Sequence record: SRR2962707_526 | Reading direction: 5' to 3' (one strand) | DNA length: 64,000 bases | Part shown: positions 30,122-39,909 of the stretch, piece after piece | How the letters are laid out: the number at the start of each line of letters is the position of its first letter | Position numbering within the stretch: the stretch's first letter is position 1 | Notes under the pieces: generated by a model | Told to the model about the DNA's origin: nothing | Seen by the model: the letters and a program-made list of their open reading frames with translations, nothing else | Databases searched by the model: none | Position numbers and translations under genes: made by a program

Positions 30122-30940
30122 ATGAAGAAACTTATCAACTATACCCCAAGCCGAAGCAACGTAATCTTATTAGGTTTACTGCCTTTTGCTTTGCTGATCG
30201 TGCTTTACATGATCAGCTCTGATGCGCGCTTGGCAATTAACCCAAGCGATAAGATATTGCCCTCTTTTAGTAGCATGGGGGAGGCCATGTATCGCATGGC
30301 ATTTACCCCAAGTCGTCGCACTGGAGACTATGTCTTCTGGCAAGACACTTTAAGCAGTCTAATGCGGTTAGGATCAGGTGTGCTTATCGCCGCTTCGATA
30401 GGTCTATTTCTAGGCCTGATGACAGGCGCTTTGCCTTTGTTAACTGCGAGTTTATCGCCGTTACTGACGGTCATCTCCCTGGTGCCGCCATTGGCGTTAT
30501 TGCCAATCTTGTTCATCGCCGTAGGCTTGGGTGAAACCTCAAAAATAACCCTTATTGCTATCGGTATAACCCCTTTTATTGCCCGCGATATTCAGCGCAG
30601 AGTACAAGAAATACCCTCTGAGCAATTGGTGAAAGCACAAACATTAGGGGCCAGTACCAGTCAAATACTCATCCGTGTGTTGTTGCCTCAGATACTGCCG
30701 AAATTGATTGATGCTGTGCGTTTGTCTTTGGGAGCTGGGTGGTTGTTCTTGATTGCCGCTGAAGCGATTTCCTCTACCGATGGCTTAGGGTATCGAATCT
30801 TCCTAGTGCGTCGCTACCTCTCTATGGATGTGATTTTGCCCTATGTGGCTTGGATCACCTTGCTGGCTTTCTTGGTGGATTACTTATTGGGTCGTTTAAA
30901 CCGACGACTCTTTCCTTGGAGTTTGGAGGCGCGCTCATGA
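30122..30940 (+). CDS. ABC transporter permease (TauC/SsuC-like)
   Basis: PPLALLPIL, EAA-like KAQTLGAS, AAEAI..GLGYRI. Confidence 0.9.
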   Translation: MKKLINYTPSRSNVILLGLLPFALLIVLYMISSDARLAINPSDKILPSFSSMGEAMYRMAFTPSRRTGDYVFWQDTLSSLMRLGSGVLIAASIGLFLGLMTGALPLLTASLSPLLTVISLVPPLALLPILFIAVGLGETSKITLIAIGITPFIARDIQRRVQEIPSEQLVKAQTLGASTSQILIRVLLPQILPKLIDAVRLSLGAGWLFLIAAEAISSTDGLGYRIFLVRRYLSMDVILPYVAWITLLAFLVDYLLGRLNRRLFPWSLEARS

Positions 30941-31782
30941 GTCAATTAGAAGCAAAGCAAGCTGCAAAAACCATGATACAAGCGAAAAAACTGGGTAAGC
31001 GCTATGGCCAAGATGTGATCCTAGAGCGTATCGACATCGACGTAAAAGAAGGTGAGTTTGTAACCTTGGTTGGCGCTTCTGGGTGCGGAAAAAGCACCTT
31101 TTTGAAAATGCTATTGGGCATTGAAACCGCCACTGACGGTGAGCTCTTGCTGGATGGTAAACCGGTACCGAATGAGCCTGGCTCAGATCGTGGCATAGTG
31201 TTTCAGCAATATTCTGTCTTCCCGCATATGACGGTACTGGAAAATGTGGTTGCGGCAAAAGGTTTTGAGAAGCGCTCCATCAGCGGTTACTTATTTGGTA
31301 AGGAGAAAGCCTTAGCGAAGCAAGAAGCCAGCGATATCTTGCAGCAGGTGGGCTTAAGCCACGCCCTGAATCGCTATCCTCATGAATTGTCAGGTGGCAT
31401 GAAACAGCGTTTAGCGATAGCGCAAGCCATTATCTGTAAACCCCGAATTTTGCTTTTAGATGAGCCTTTTGGTGCGCTTGATCCAGGCATTCGTGCCGAC
31501 ATGCATGCCCTAGTGTTGGACCTATGGCAAAAGCATAAGTTGACCATTTTTATGGTTACCCATGATTTGAAAGAAGGCTTTCATTTAGGCACTCGTCTAT
31601 GGGTATTCGATAAATTACGCCATGACCCACATGCGCCCAATGCTTATGGCGCTTCAATCACCTATGACTTACCCGTAGGTCATGCTCCCGCCCCACTGTA
31701 TGAAGAAATTGATCAGCGTATTCGACCTATTTTTGATCCTTCAATGGGTACGACTGATGACACCACGGAGAACACATTATGA
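30937..31782 (+). CDS. ABC transporter ATP-binding subunit (TauB-like)
   Basis: GASGCGKST, LSGGMKQR, LLLDEPF, VTHD; start set at the ATGA overlap (30937). Confidence 0.9.
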   Translation: MSQLEAKQAAKTMIQAKKLGKRYGQDVILERIDIDVKEGEFVTLVGASGCGKSTFLKMLLGIETATDGELLLDGKPVPNEPGSDRGIVFQQYSVFPHMTVLENVVAAKGFEKRSISGYLFGKEKALAKQEASDILQQVGLSHALNRYPHELSGGMKQRLAIAQAIICKPRILLLDEPFGALDPGIRADMHALVLDLWQKHKLTIFMVTHDLKEGFHLGTRLWVFDKLRHDPHAPNAYGASITYDLPVGHAPAPLYEEIDQRIRPIFDPSMGTTDDTTENTL

Positions 31783-32519
31783 ACAAGTATGAAACCCTTA
31801 TTCCTGCTGCAAGCCATTGGTCACTAAAAGTACGTCGGGGTATGCAAATGACCCTGACGGATATCGCCGGTGATGGGAATCTTGGAATGGTGTTTTATAA
31901 CCCTGAAAACCTATTAGAGCGTTATAACGCGCCAGATACATTAAAAGGTCAGCATACGTTCAGACTGACCAAAGGCCACTGTTTGTATTCTGATATGGGG
32001 CGTATTTTCGCCTCAATTATTGAGGACTCAGTTGGTTGGCATGAAACCGTATGTGGTAACAGTCATGCTTCCCATATTGCCAGCAAATGGGGCGTTCGAG
32101 ATTACCAGAGCGATCACAATGAATGGATGCAAAATGGCCATGATGCCATGCTGGTTGAAATGGCCAAATACGGTCTGACTCAGGCTGATCATGCGGCAAA
32201 CTTGAATTTATTTAGTCGGGTAAGTACAGATGCTGAAGGCAGTATGTCGTTAGTGGAAGGAAACAGTCCGGCTGGTTCAAGTGTCACTTTACGCTTCGAA
32301 ATGGACACTCTGGTGATACTGCATACCTGTCCACACCCGCTAAGCAATGCTGCCAGTTACCCGAAAAAGCCTATCTCAATCCTGCTAGAAAAAGCCCAGC
32401 CTGTTGCCGACGATGATTTCTGCAAGATGTCTCGACCTGAAAACCAACGCGGCTTTGCCAATAATGAACTGTATTACCTGGGAGCCCCAGCCAATACAAC
32501 AGACGCTATGGAGGCGTAA
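31779..32519 (+). CDS. Urea carboxylase-associated protein 1 (DUF1989), carboxyguanidine deiminase subunit CgdA
   Basis: ERYNAPDTLK, LYSDMGR, GWHETVCG, LRFEMD, TCPHPL; ATGA-coupled. Confidence 0.88.
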   Translation: MNKYETLIPAASHWSLKVRRGMQMTLTDIAGDGNLGMVFYNPENLLERYNAPDTLKGQHTFRLTKGHCLYSDMGRIFASIIEDSVGWHETVCGNSHASHIASKWGVRDYQSDHNEWMQNGHDAMLVEMAKYGLTQADHAANLNLFSRVSTDAEGSMSLVEGNSPAGSSVTLRFEMDTLVILHTCPHPLSNAASYPKKPISILLEKAQPVADDDFCKMSRPENQRGFANNELYYLGAPANTTDAMEA

Positions 32520-32522
32520 CCC

Positions 32523-33164
32523 ATGATTAAAGAAAGTGTATTCACGACAGACAGTGCAGATGAGACGTTTCATATTGATGCGGGTGACTACTTTATTGGC
32601 ACAGTAAAGGCGGGCAGTACGTTTCGAATTGTGGATTTAGAAGGCAATCAGGCGGCGGATACTTTGTTTTATAACGCCAACAAACCAGCTGAACGCTATA
32701 GCGCAACAGATACCATTCGTGAACAAGGCAATGTCTATTTAACAGCGGGTTCGGCGATTCGGTCGAATGAAAATAATGTCATGTTAGACATAGTGGCAGA
32801 CACTTGTGGACGCCATGACACACTCGGCGGTGCTTGTGCTACAGAAAGTAATACCGTGCGTTATGACCTAGAAAAACGTTGCATGCATGCGTGTCGTGAC
32901 AGTTGGATGTTAGCCATTGCTGAACACCCTGAATACGGTCTGTCGAAACGTGACATCAGCCACAATATTAACTTTTTCATGAATGTTCCAGTCACCCAAG
33001 AAGGTGGCCTAACCTTCGAAGACGGTATTTCAGCGCCCGGTAAATACGTAGAGATGGTGGCTAAAATGGACCTTATTATTTTAATTTCGAATTGTCCTCA
33101 GCTGAATAATCCTTGTAACGGTTATAACCCAACCCCAGTTGATTTGCTGGTATGGCATCCCTAG
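32523..33164 (+). CDS. Urea carboxylase-associated protein 2 (DUF1989), carboxyguanidine deiminase subunit CgdB
   Basis: [56 protein letters not shown]. Confidence 0.9.
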   Translation: MIKESVFTTDSADETFHIDAGDYFIGTVKAGSTFRIVDLEGNQAADTLFYNANKPAERYSATDTIREQGNVYLTAGSAIRSNENNVMLDIVADTCGRHDTLGGACATESNTVRYDLEKRCMHACRDSWMLAIAEHPEYGLSKRDISHNINFFMNVPVTQEGGLTFEDGISAPGKYVEMVAKMDLIILISNCPQLNNPCNGYNPTPVDLLVWHP

Positions 33165-33225
33165 CGATTGCTAATGGATATAAAAATTCATTCTACAAAA
33201 GAACACGCTAGATAACTTTAACCGC

Positions 33226-33268
33226 TCAGTGGACGACCACTGATGTAGTTCATTCCGGGACGGCCCGG
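33226..33268 (+). ncRNA. Guanidine-II riboswitch (mini-ykkC)
   Basis: Two hairpins with ACGR loops closed by G-C: TCAGTGG-ACGA-CCACTGA and CCGGG-ACGG-CCCGG; 11-nt linker; directly before the AAGG SD and ATG of the carboxylase. Confidence 0.9.
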
Positions 33269-33280
33269 CAAGGTTGAACC

Positions 33281-36200
33281 ATGTTTAACAAAGTATTAAT
33301 CGCCAACCGTGGCGCCATTGCGACACGCATTATTCGTACCTTACAAAAAATGGGCATCCAGTCTGTGGCTGTGTACGCTGAGTCGGATGCGAAAAGTCTT
33401 CATGTAAAACGTGCCGATGAAGCCTTTTCATTGGGCGAAGGCAGTGCCGCTGACACCTATTTAGATATGGAGAAAATTCTTCATATAGCCAAACAAAGCG
33501 GCGCCAAAGCGATTCACCCAGGCTATGGGTTTCTTAGTGAGAACGCCAATTTTGTGCGCCGCTGCGAAGCCGAAGGCATTGCGTTTATTGGACCTACAGC
33601 AGAGCAAATGATTGAATTTGGCTTAAAACACCGTGCTCGCGAACTGGCCGAGCAAGCCAATGTTCCGCTTTCTCCAGGTTCTGATTTACTGGCTGACCTT
33701 GATATGGCCTGTCAGACGGCCAACCAAATTGGCTACCCTGTGATGTTAAAAAGTACCGCTGGTGGCGGTGGTATCGGCATGCACCTGTGCCATGATGAAA
33801 ACAGTTTACGAGATAATTTCGAATCAGTACGTCGTCTAGGAGCAAATAATTTTGCTGACGACAGTGTGTTTATCGAGAAATTTATTGCTCGAGCGCGTCA
33901 TATTGAGGTGCAGGTTTTTGCTGATGGCAAGGGCGGTGCTTTGGCGTTGGGCGAACGTGATTGCTCTAGTCAGCGTCGTAATCAAAAGGTAGTAGAGGAA
34001 TGTCCGGCCCCGAACTTGACGGATGAAGTGCGCAGTCAGTTGCACAAAACCGCAGAGTTGTTGCTGTCTTCTGTGAAGTACCGTAATGCCGGAACGGTTG
34101 AATTTATTTATGACATGGACACGGATCAGTTTTACTTTTTAGAAGTGAACACTCGGCTACAAGTAGAGCACGGCGTCACAGAAATGGTGTATGGCGTTGA
34201 TCTGGTGGAATGGATGGTGCGACTGGCCGCCGGCGAACCATTGGCGCTTGAAGACAAGCGTAACAAGCTACAAGCCAATGGCCATGCGGTGCAAGTGCGT
34301 ATCTATGCCGAAGACCCTTATAAAGACTTTCAACCATGTGCTGGCCTATTAAGCCAAGTGAGCTGGCCAGTGGTCGAGCAGGCGACCAGTTCAGAGGTTC
34401 GAATTGACCACTGGATAGAGACAGGAATACAAGTCTCGCCGTATTTTGATCCTATGTTAGCCAAGGTGATTGTGCATCAAGAGACGCGTGATAAGGCGTT
34501 TGCAAAGCTCCATAGCACGTTAGAAGAATGTGTTTTGTATGGCACAGAAACCAATTTGGATTACCTTAAAATTTTAGTGACGGACCCGGTCTTATTGCGC
34601 GGTGAAGTAAGCACCCGCTACCTGAATGAATTTGTCTATCAACCGGCACGAATTGATGTCTTAAGTGGCGGTACGCAAACCACCTTACAAGATTTCCCTG
34701 GTCGTCAGCACCATTGGAATGTGGGCGTTCCTCCTTCTGGCCCGTTTGATAATTATCACTTTCGTTTGGCCAATCGCTTATTGGGGAATCCACTGGACGC
34801 CGCGGCGATGGAGATAACGCTTCAAGGGCCGAGTTTGCTGTTTAGCTTCGCGACCTTGGTGGTGATTTCAGGCGCCAATATTGAGGTAAAACTGGACGGT
34901 GAAGCGGTTCTAAACAATCAGGTTTTAGCCATCAAGAAAGGTCAGACACTGACCTTTGGACGTATTAAAGAAGCCGGTGCCCGCGCTTACCTTGCGGTTT
35001 CAGGTGGCTTTGATTGCCCTGATTATTTGGGCTCAAAATCCACTTTCACGCTCGGTCAATTTGGTGGTCACAATGGTCGGGCACTGCAAACCGGAGATGT
35101 GCTTCACACCTTAGCTAAGCCGTTAACTGAAAAAACAGAGGCAGCAGAGCCGACCCCATTACTGCCAGCAGGCTTATTACCAGAGCTAACCAATGAGCAT
35201 GAGTTGCGCGTCATTTATGGCCCCCATGGTTCGCCGGACTTTTTCACCCCAGAAGACATAGAAATGTTTTTTGGAACGGCCTGGGAAGTGCATTATAACT
35301 CCAGCCGAACCGGCGTTCGTTTGATCGGCCCTAAGCCTAAATGGGCGCGTGATAATGGCGGTGAAGCGGGCCTTCATCCATCCAATATCCATGACAATGC
35401 CTATGCCTTTGGTAGTGTTGATTTCACTGGGGATATGCCGGTTATTTTAGGCCCAGATGGGCCATCTCTTGGTGGTTTTGTTTGTCCTGCGACCGTGATT
35501 AGTGCTGACTTATGGAAGCTTGGTCAGCTGCGCGCCGGCGATAAAATCCGTTTTGTTAGCGTTAGCTTAGACGATGCAAGTGCATTAGAGCGTGCGCAAA
35601 ATACCGGTTTGGCGGAGCTCACCTCATACGAACAGTCTATTGCGCCATGTGCTGCACCACATCTAGAGGGATCGCCGATCTTAAAAACATTATCTGCGGA
35701 TCGCTTCAAAGATGAAATTGTTTACCGTGCCGCGGGCGATCACTTTTTATTGGTCGAGTACGGTGAGCAAATATTGGATATCCGTTTGCGCTTTCGGGCT
35801 CATGCGCTGATGCAGTGGCTAGAGAAAAACAGCCTTGCTGGGATACGCGAATTAACTCCGGGTATTCGTTCTTTGCAAATTCATTATGACAGTCAAGTGT
35901 TACATCATCAGCCGTTACTGGATCATCTAGAAGCCGCAGAATTGGCGTTAAGTGAGAATTTAGCGGAACTGACGGTGCCTTCTAGAACGATCTATTTACC
36001 CTTGTCTTGGGATGACAGAGCTTGCCAAGAAGCCATTGATAAATACGCTCAATCGGTGCGTTCTAATGCGCCTTGGTGTCCGAGTAATTTGGAGTTTATT
36101 CGTCGTATTAACGGCCTTGAAAGCATTGCCGATGTTAAAGAAATTCTGTTTAGTGCCAGTTATTTGGTCATGGGATTAGGCGATGTCTACCTAGGGGCGC

Positions 36201-36925
36201 CGGTTGCCACACCAGTAGACCCTCGCCATCGATTGGTAACGACAAAATACAACCCAGCTCGTACCTGGACCGCAGAGAACTCAGTCGGTATCGGTGGTTC
36301 TTACTTGTGTGTGTATGGCATGGAAGGGCCGGGGGGGTATCAGTTTGTTGGTCGTACCTTGCAGATGTGGAACCGCTATCGTTTGACCAGCGCCTTTACT
36401 AAACCTTGGCTACTGAGGTTCTTTGATCAGATTCGTTTTTACGAAGTGAGCCATGAAGAATTGGAACAGATTCGTAAAGATTTCCCCCATGACAATTACC
36501 CGCTGCGTATTGAAGAAAGTACCTTTTCTTTATCTGAGTACGAAGCCTTTATTGGTGAGAATGAACAGAGCATTGATGCCTTTAAAGAAGGCCGTAATCA
36601 GGCGTTTGAAGAAGAGCTGGCCAATTGGCACGCCAATGGACAATTCCATTATGACACCGATGAAGCGCAAGCCATTGAAACAGAGGTGACTTGGAGTGAA
36701 GACGCCATTGTGATCGATAGCCCAGTTTCAGGCAGTGTTTGGCAGACTCAAGTTGAAGTAGGGCAAAAGGTAGAAGCTGGCCACTTATTGGTTATTCTTG
36801 AATCGATGAAAATGGAAATCCCTATCTATGCATCCAGTGCTGGCGTGGTGTCTGATTTGTTATTAACAGACGGCAGCCGTGTTAATGCTGGACAAGCTAT
36901 TGTTGTTTTGGAGGAAGAAGCATGA
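33281..36925 (+). CDS. uca: Urea/guanidine carboxylase (biotin-dependent)
   Basis: Biotin carboxylase motifs (IANRG, HPGYGFLSEN, EVNTRLQVEH), CT motifs (PSNIHD, GPSLGGF, TTKYNPART), BCCP ESMKME. Confidence 0.95.
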   Translation: MFNKVLIANRGAIATRIIRTLQKMGIQSVAVYAESDAKSLHVKRADEAFSLGEGSAADTYLDMEKILHIAKQSGAKAIHPGYGFLSENANFVRRCEAEGIAFIGPTAEQMIEFGLKHRARELAEQANVPLSPGSDLLADLDMACQTANQIGYPVMLKSTAGGGGIGMHLCHDENSLRDNFESVRRLGANNFADDSVFIEKFIARARHIEVQVFADGKGGALALGERDCSSQRRNQKVVEECPAPNLTDEVRSQLHKTAELLLSSVKYRNAGTVEFIYDMDTDQFYFLEVNTRLQVEHGVTEMVYGVDLVEWMVRLAAGEPLALEDKRNKLQANGHAVQVRIYAEDPYKDFQPCAGLLSQVSWPVVEQATSSEVRIDHWIETGIQVSPYFDPMLAKVIVHQETRDKAFAKLHSTLEECVLYGTETNLDYLKILVTDPVLLRGEVSTRYLNEFVYQPARIDVLSGGTQTTLQDFPGRQHHWNVGVPPSGPFDNYHFRLANRLLGNPLDAAAMEITLQGPSLLFSFATLVVISGANIEVKLDGEAVLNNQVLAIKKGQTLTFGRIKEAGARAYLAVSGGFDCPDYLGSKSTFTLGQFGGHNGRALQTGDVLHTLAKPLTEKTEAAEPTPLLPAGLLPELTNEHELRVIYGPHGSPDFFTPEDIEMFFGTAWEVHYNSSRTGVRLIGPKPKWARDNGGEAGLHPSNIHDNAYAFGSVDFTGDMPVILGPDGPSLGGFVCPATVISADLWKLGQLRAGDKIRFVSVSLDDASALERAQNTGLAELTSYEQSIAPCAAPHLEGSPILKTLSADRFKDEIVYRAAGDHFLLVEYGEQILDIRLRFRAHALMQWLEKNSLAGIRELTPGIRSLQIHYDSQVLHHQPLLDHLEAAELALSENLAELTVPSRTIYLPLSWDDRACQEAIDKYAQSVRSNAPWCPSNLEFIRRINGLESIADVKEILFSASYLVMGLGDVYLGAPVATPVDPRHRLVTTKYNPARTWTAENSVGIGGSYLCVYGMEGPGGYQFVGRTLQMWNRYRLTSAFTKPWLLRFFDQIRFYEVSHEELEQIRKDFPHDNYPLRIEESTFSLSEYEAFIGENEQSIDAFKEGRNQAFEEELANWHANGQFHYDTDEAQAIETEVTWSEDAIVIDSPVSGSVWQTQVEVGQKVEAGHLLVILESMKMEIPIYASSAGVVSDLLLTDGSRVNAGQAIVVLEEEA

Positions 36926-38760
36926 GTATTAATATGACGACGAGCACGGCAAGCGAGCCTCTTGATATGGGATTTTCGGCTTTACGTGCTGCTTATCAGG
37001 CGGGTACCACGACACCTGAAAGTGTGATGGCGGGTATTCGTGAACGCGCGGCCGAGTATGCGGATCACAATATTTGGATTCATTTATTAACGCAATCCGA
37101 GCAATCAAGATGGCTTGATGGATTAAAAGACAAGGATTTGGCGACTCACCCTTTATGGGGGATTCCGTTTGCCATCAAAGACAATATTGATCTAGCAGGC
37201 ATTCCGACAACGGCTGGGTGTGACGCTTTTCGTTATGTTCCTGAGTCTTCTGCGAAGGTTGTACAGCAGTTGATCGATGCCGGTGCCATTCCGGTGGGGA
37301 AAACCAACTTGGACCAGTTTGCTACAGGGCTCAATGGCACTCGGTCGCCATTTGGAGCCTGTCATAATGCGTTTGATTATGACTATATCAGTGGTGGTTC
37401 AAGCTCAGGCTCAGCCGTGTCTGTTGCGTTGGGATTGGCCAGCTTTAGTTTGGGCACAGACACCGCAGGGTCGGGGCGAGTACCCGCTTGCTTTAATAAT
37501 TTAGTTGGGGTGAAACCCACGATTGGTTTGTTGTCAGCCACGGGGTTAGTGCCAGCTTGTCGTAGTCTGGATTGCATCACGATATTTGCCTACAACACAG
37601 ACGATGCGAATATTGCCTTAGCGGCGAGTGAAGGTTTTGATATTCACGACGGATACAGTCGAGAGAACCCATATGATAATCAGGCGCGCCAATATGGGTT
37701 GCGTACAGGTGCCTTAACCGTTGGGGTGATTGCCCAGCATCAGCTGAAGTTCTTTGGCGATAAAGGCTATGAAAAAGCCTATATGGCGACCTTAGAGAAG
37801 CTCAGTGCGGAAGGCTTTGTATTCCAAGAAATAGACTATGCGCCGTTTGATGAAATAGCCCAATTGCTCTATGAAGGGCCTTGGGTAGCGGAGCGTTATA
37901 TTGCCACACAGCCGCTGATCGATGACAACCCGGACGCTATTTTTCCTGTGGTGCGTGACATCATTGCCCCAGGAGGCAAGCCGCCCGCGACGAATTTATT
38001 CAAAGCGCAATATCGTATTAATGCGTTGAAACAAATTTGTTTAGCGCAAATGGCGAACCTAGATTGTTTACTGACCCCCACTGCAGGCCGTCATTTCACG
38101 GTAGCAGAAATGTTGGCCGAGCCAATCAAGCACAACAGTGAATTGGGGTATTACACCAACTTCATGAACTTGATTGATTTGGCTTCTATAGCGGTGCCCA
38201 CCACCTTGACAGAAGCCGGCATGCCATTTGGTATCACATTGGTTGGACCCACCTTTAGTGATCGTATGCTGATGTCGATTGCCAATCGGATACAGCAAGC
38301 CATGCCTTTGAAAAAAGGGGCCTTGGAAAGCATGGCAACGCCAACTAATGCGTTTCCTGTAAAGAGTACGACTAGGGTGGAGGTGATGGTGTGTGGGGCG
38401 CATTTGTCCGGTCAGCCACTGAATTGGCAATTGACGGAACGCGGTGCCAGTTTGGTTGAAAAAACCACCACGGCGGCCATGTATCGTATGCATTTATTGG
38501 CTGGTGGGCCGCCCCTACGACCGGGGTTGGTATTAGATAAACACAACGGGCAAGCCATAGAAGTGGAAGTCTGGTCCGTTCCCAGCGAAAACTTTGGCAG
38601 CTTTGTGGCGGGTATCCCAGCGCCGCTTGGTATCGGTAAAGTCACCTTAATGGATGGCCGCCAAGTGTCGGGGTTTATTTGCGAACCTTATGGTCTTGAT
38701 GATGCTGAGGATATTACTCAATTTAACGGTTGGTGTGGCTATTTAGCGTCATTGAATTAG
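36922..38760 (+). CDS. atzF: Allophanate hydrolase
   Basis: Amidase signature KDNID, GGSSSGSAV, GTDTAGSGRVP; C-terminal VCGAHLSGQPLNWQL; ATGA overlap. Confidence 0.93.
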   Translation: MSINMTTSTASEPLDMGFSALRAAYQAGTTTPESVMAGIRERAAEYADHNIWIHLLTQSEQSRWLDGLKDKDLATHPLWGIPFAIKDNIDLAGIPTTAGCDAFRYVPESSAKVVQQLIDAGAIPVGKTNLDQFATGLNGTRSPFGACHNAFDYDYISGGSSSGSAVSVALGLASFSLGTDTAGSGRVPACFNNLVGVKPTIGLLSATGLVPACRSLDCITIFAYNTDDANIALAASEGFDIHDGYSRENPYDNQARQYGLRTGALTVGVIAQHQLKFFGDKGYEKAYMATLEKLSAEGFVFQEIDYAPFDEIAQLLYEGPWVAERYIATQPLIDDNPDAIFPVVRDIIAPGGKPPATNLFKAQYRINALKQICLAQMANLDCLLTPTAGRHFTVAEMLAEPIKHNSELGYYTNFMNLIDLASIAVPTTLTEAGMPFGITLVGPTFSDRMLMSIANRIQQAMPLKKGALESMATPTNAFPVKSTTRVEVMVCGAHLSGQPLNWQLTERGASLVEKTTTAAMYRMHLLAGGPPLRPGLVLDKHNGQAIEVEVWSVPSENFGSFVAGIPAPLGIGKVTLMDGRQVSGFICEPYGLDDAEDITQFNGWCGYLASLN

Positions 38761-38815
38761 AAAAAGTATGCTTCTCTTTCAGAGTTGAAAATCGTTTAGG
38801 AAATAAGGTTTCCAG

Positions 38816-38844
38816 AGCCCCTTTTTGAAAAGGGGCTTTTTTTT
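38816..38844 (+). terminator. Intrinsic terminator of the guanidine operon
   Basis: AGCCCCTTTT-tg-AAAAGGGGCT followed by a T run. Confidence 0.85.
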
Positions 38845-39040
38845 ATAGAAATTCGCTAATAGGCTCCTAGAGATGAGTATTGTGGCAATGTTTGACGTTT
38901 TTTAGCACTGTGTTAGCACATATTCAGTCTTGATAAATGGTATGTTTCGTACTTTAAACGGACGGCTAAGCCATCCACGTTAAGGTGGTGTTACATTCTG
39001 AATTGGCTGTTTTTATTACAATGAAAAACGAGACACTGCT

Positions 39041-39733
39041 ATGAAACAAAAGACAATATTGTTCGATATCAATGAAACTGTGCTCAACCTAACGGCGTTA
39101 AAGCCTAAATTTGTGGCGGCTTTTGGCGATGACAGTGTGATGGCAACATGGTTTTCAATGCTGCTGCATTCGTCAACCGTCTGTGTTGTTACCGATGTTA
39201 AGACCGACTTTGCCTCCTTGGCTCGTGTTATGTTGGACAGCATTGCGACCCGCAAAGGCATTAGCTTATCCGTCCAGATGCGCGACGAGATTCTAACGGG
39301 CTTTGCTAATCTGCCGGCTCACGAAGACATTCAACCTGCCTTGCGTCAATTACAAGACGCCGGTTTTCGCACCGTGGCCTTTTCAAACTCATCGCGTGAT
39401 TTAATTGCTATGCAGATCAACAATGCGGGATTATCAGAATGCTTTGATGAGGTTATTTCTGTTGAAAGTACCGGCCGCTTTAAACCTGATCCACAAGCTT
39501 ACCAGTTTGCTGCTGAGCAGTTAGATCAACCACTGTCGTCTTTGCGTTTGGTGGCGACTCATGATTGGGACACCCACGGCGCTTTGTCGGTGGGCATGAA
39601 GGCGGCGTATATTGCACGTACGCCAGCGATTTACCACCCATTATATCGTCAAGCAGACATAGTCGCTGCCACCATGGGTGATATTGTAAAACAAATTATT
39701 GAGCTCGATGGTCCGCTAAAAGCGTCCGTTTAG
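39041..39733 (+). CDS. Haloacid dehalogenase type II (L-2-haloacid dehalogenase-like)
   Basis: FDINETVL, FSNS, KPDP..Y, VATHDWD..GA..G. Confidence 0.85.
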   Translation: MKQKTILFDINETVLNLTALKPKFVAAFGDDSVMATWFSMLLHSSTVCVVTDVKTDFASLARVMLDSIATRKGISLSVQMRDEILTGFANLPAHEDIQPALRQLQDAGFRTVAFSNSSRDLIAMQINNAGLSECFDEVISVESTGRFKPDPQAYQFAAEQLDQPLSSLRLVATHDWDTHGALSVGMKAAYIARTPAIYHPLYRQADIVAATMGDIVKQIIELDGPLKASV

Positions 39734-39909
39734 CCTCATTTTTCTTGCCTGTAAGAGAGACTTTCTGGCCAGTCAATGGGTCAATACTGGATCTGGCTAA
39801 GGTCGCTCTTAAATTGAATGTTAGGCATAATAGGCGCCTTTTATTTTAGGCGCTGAATGCCTCAGGCATCTCCTCCCTGAAGCGCCCCATAATCTCCAAG
39901 GTATAGACC

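Noticed and set aside
38902-38920. TTAGCAC repeats resembling a CIRCE element
   Set aside because: The copies are direct, not the inverted TTAGCACTC-N9-GAGTGCTAA, and no chaperone gene follows.
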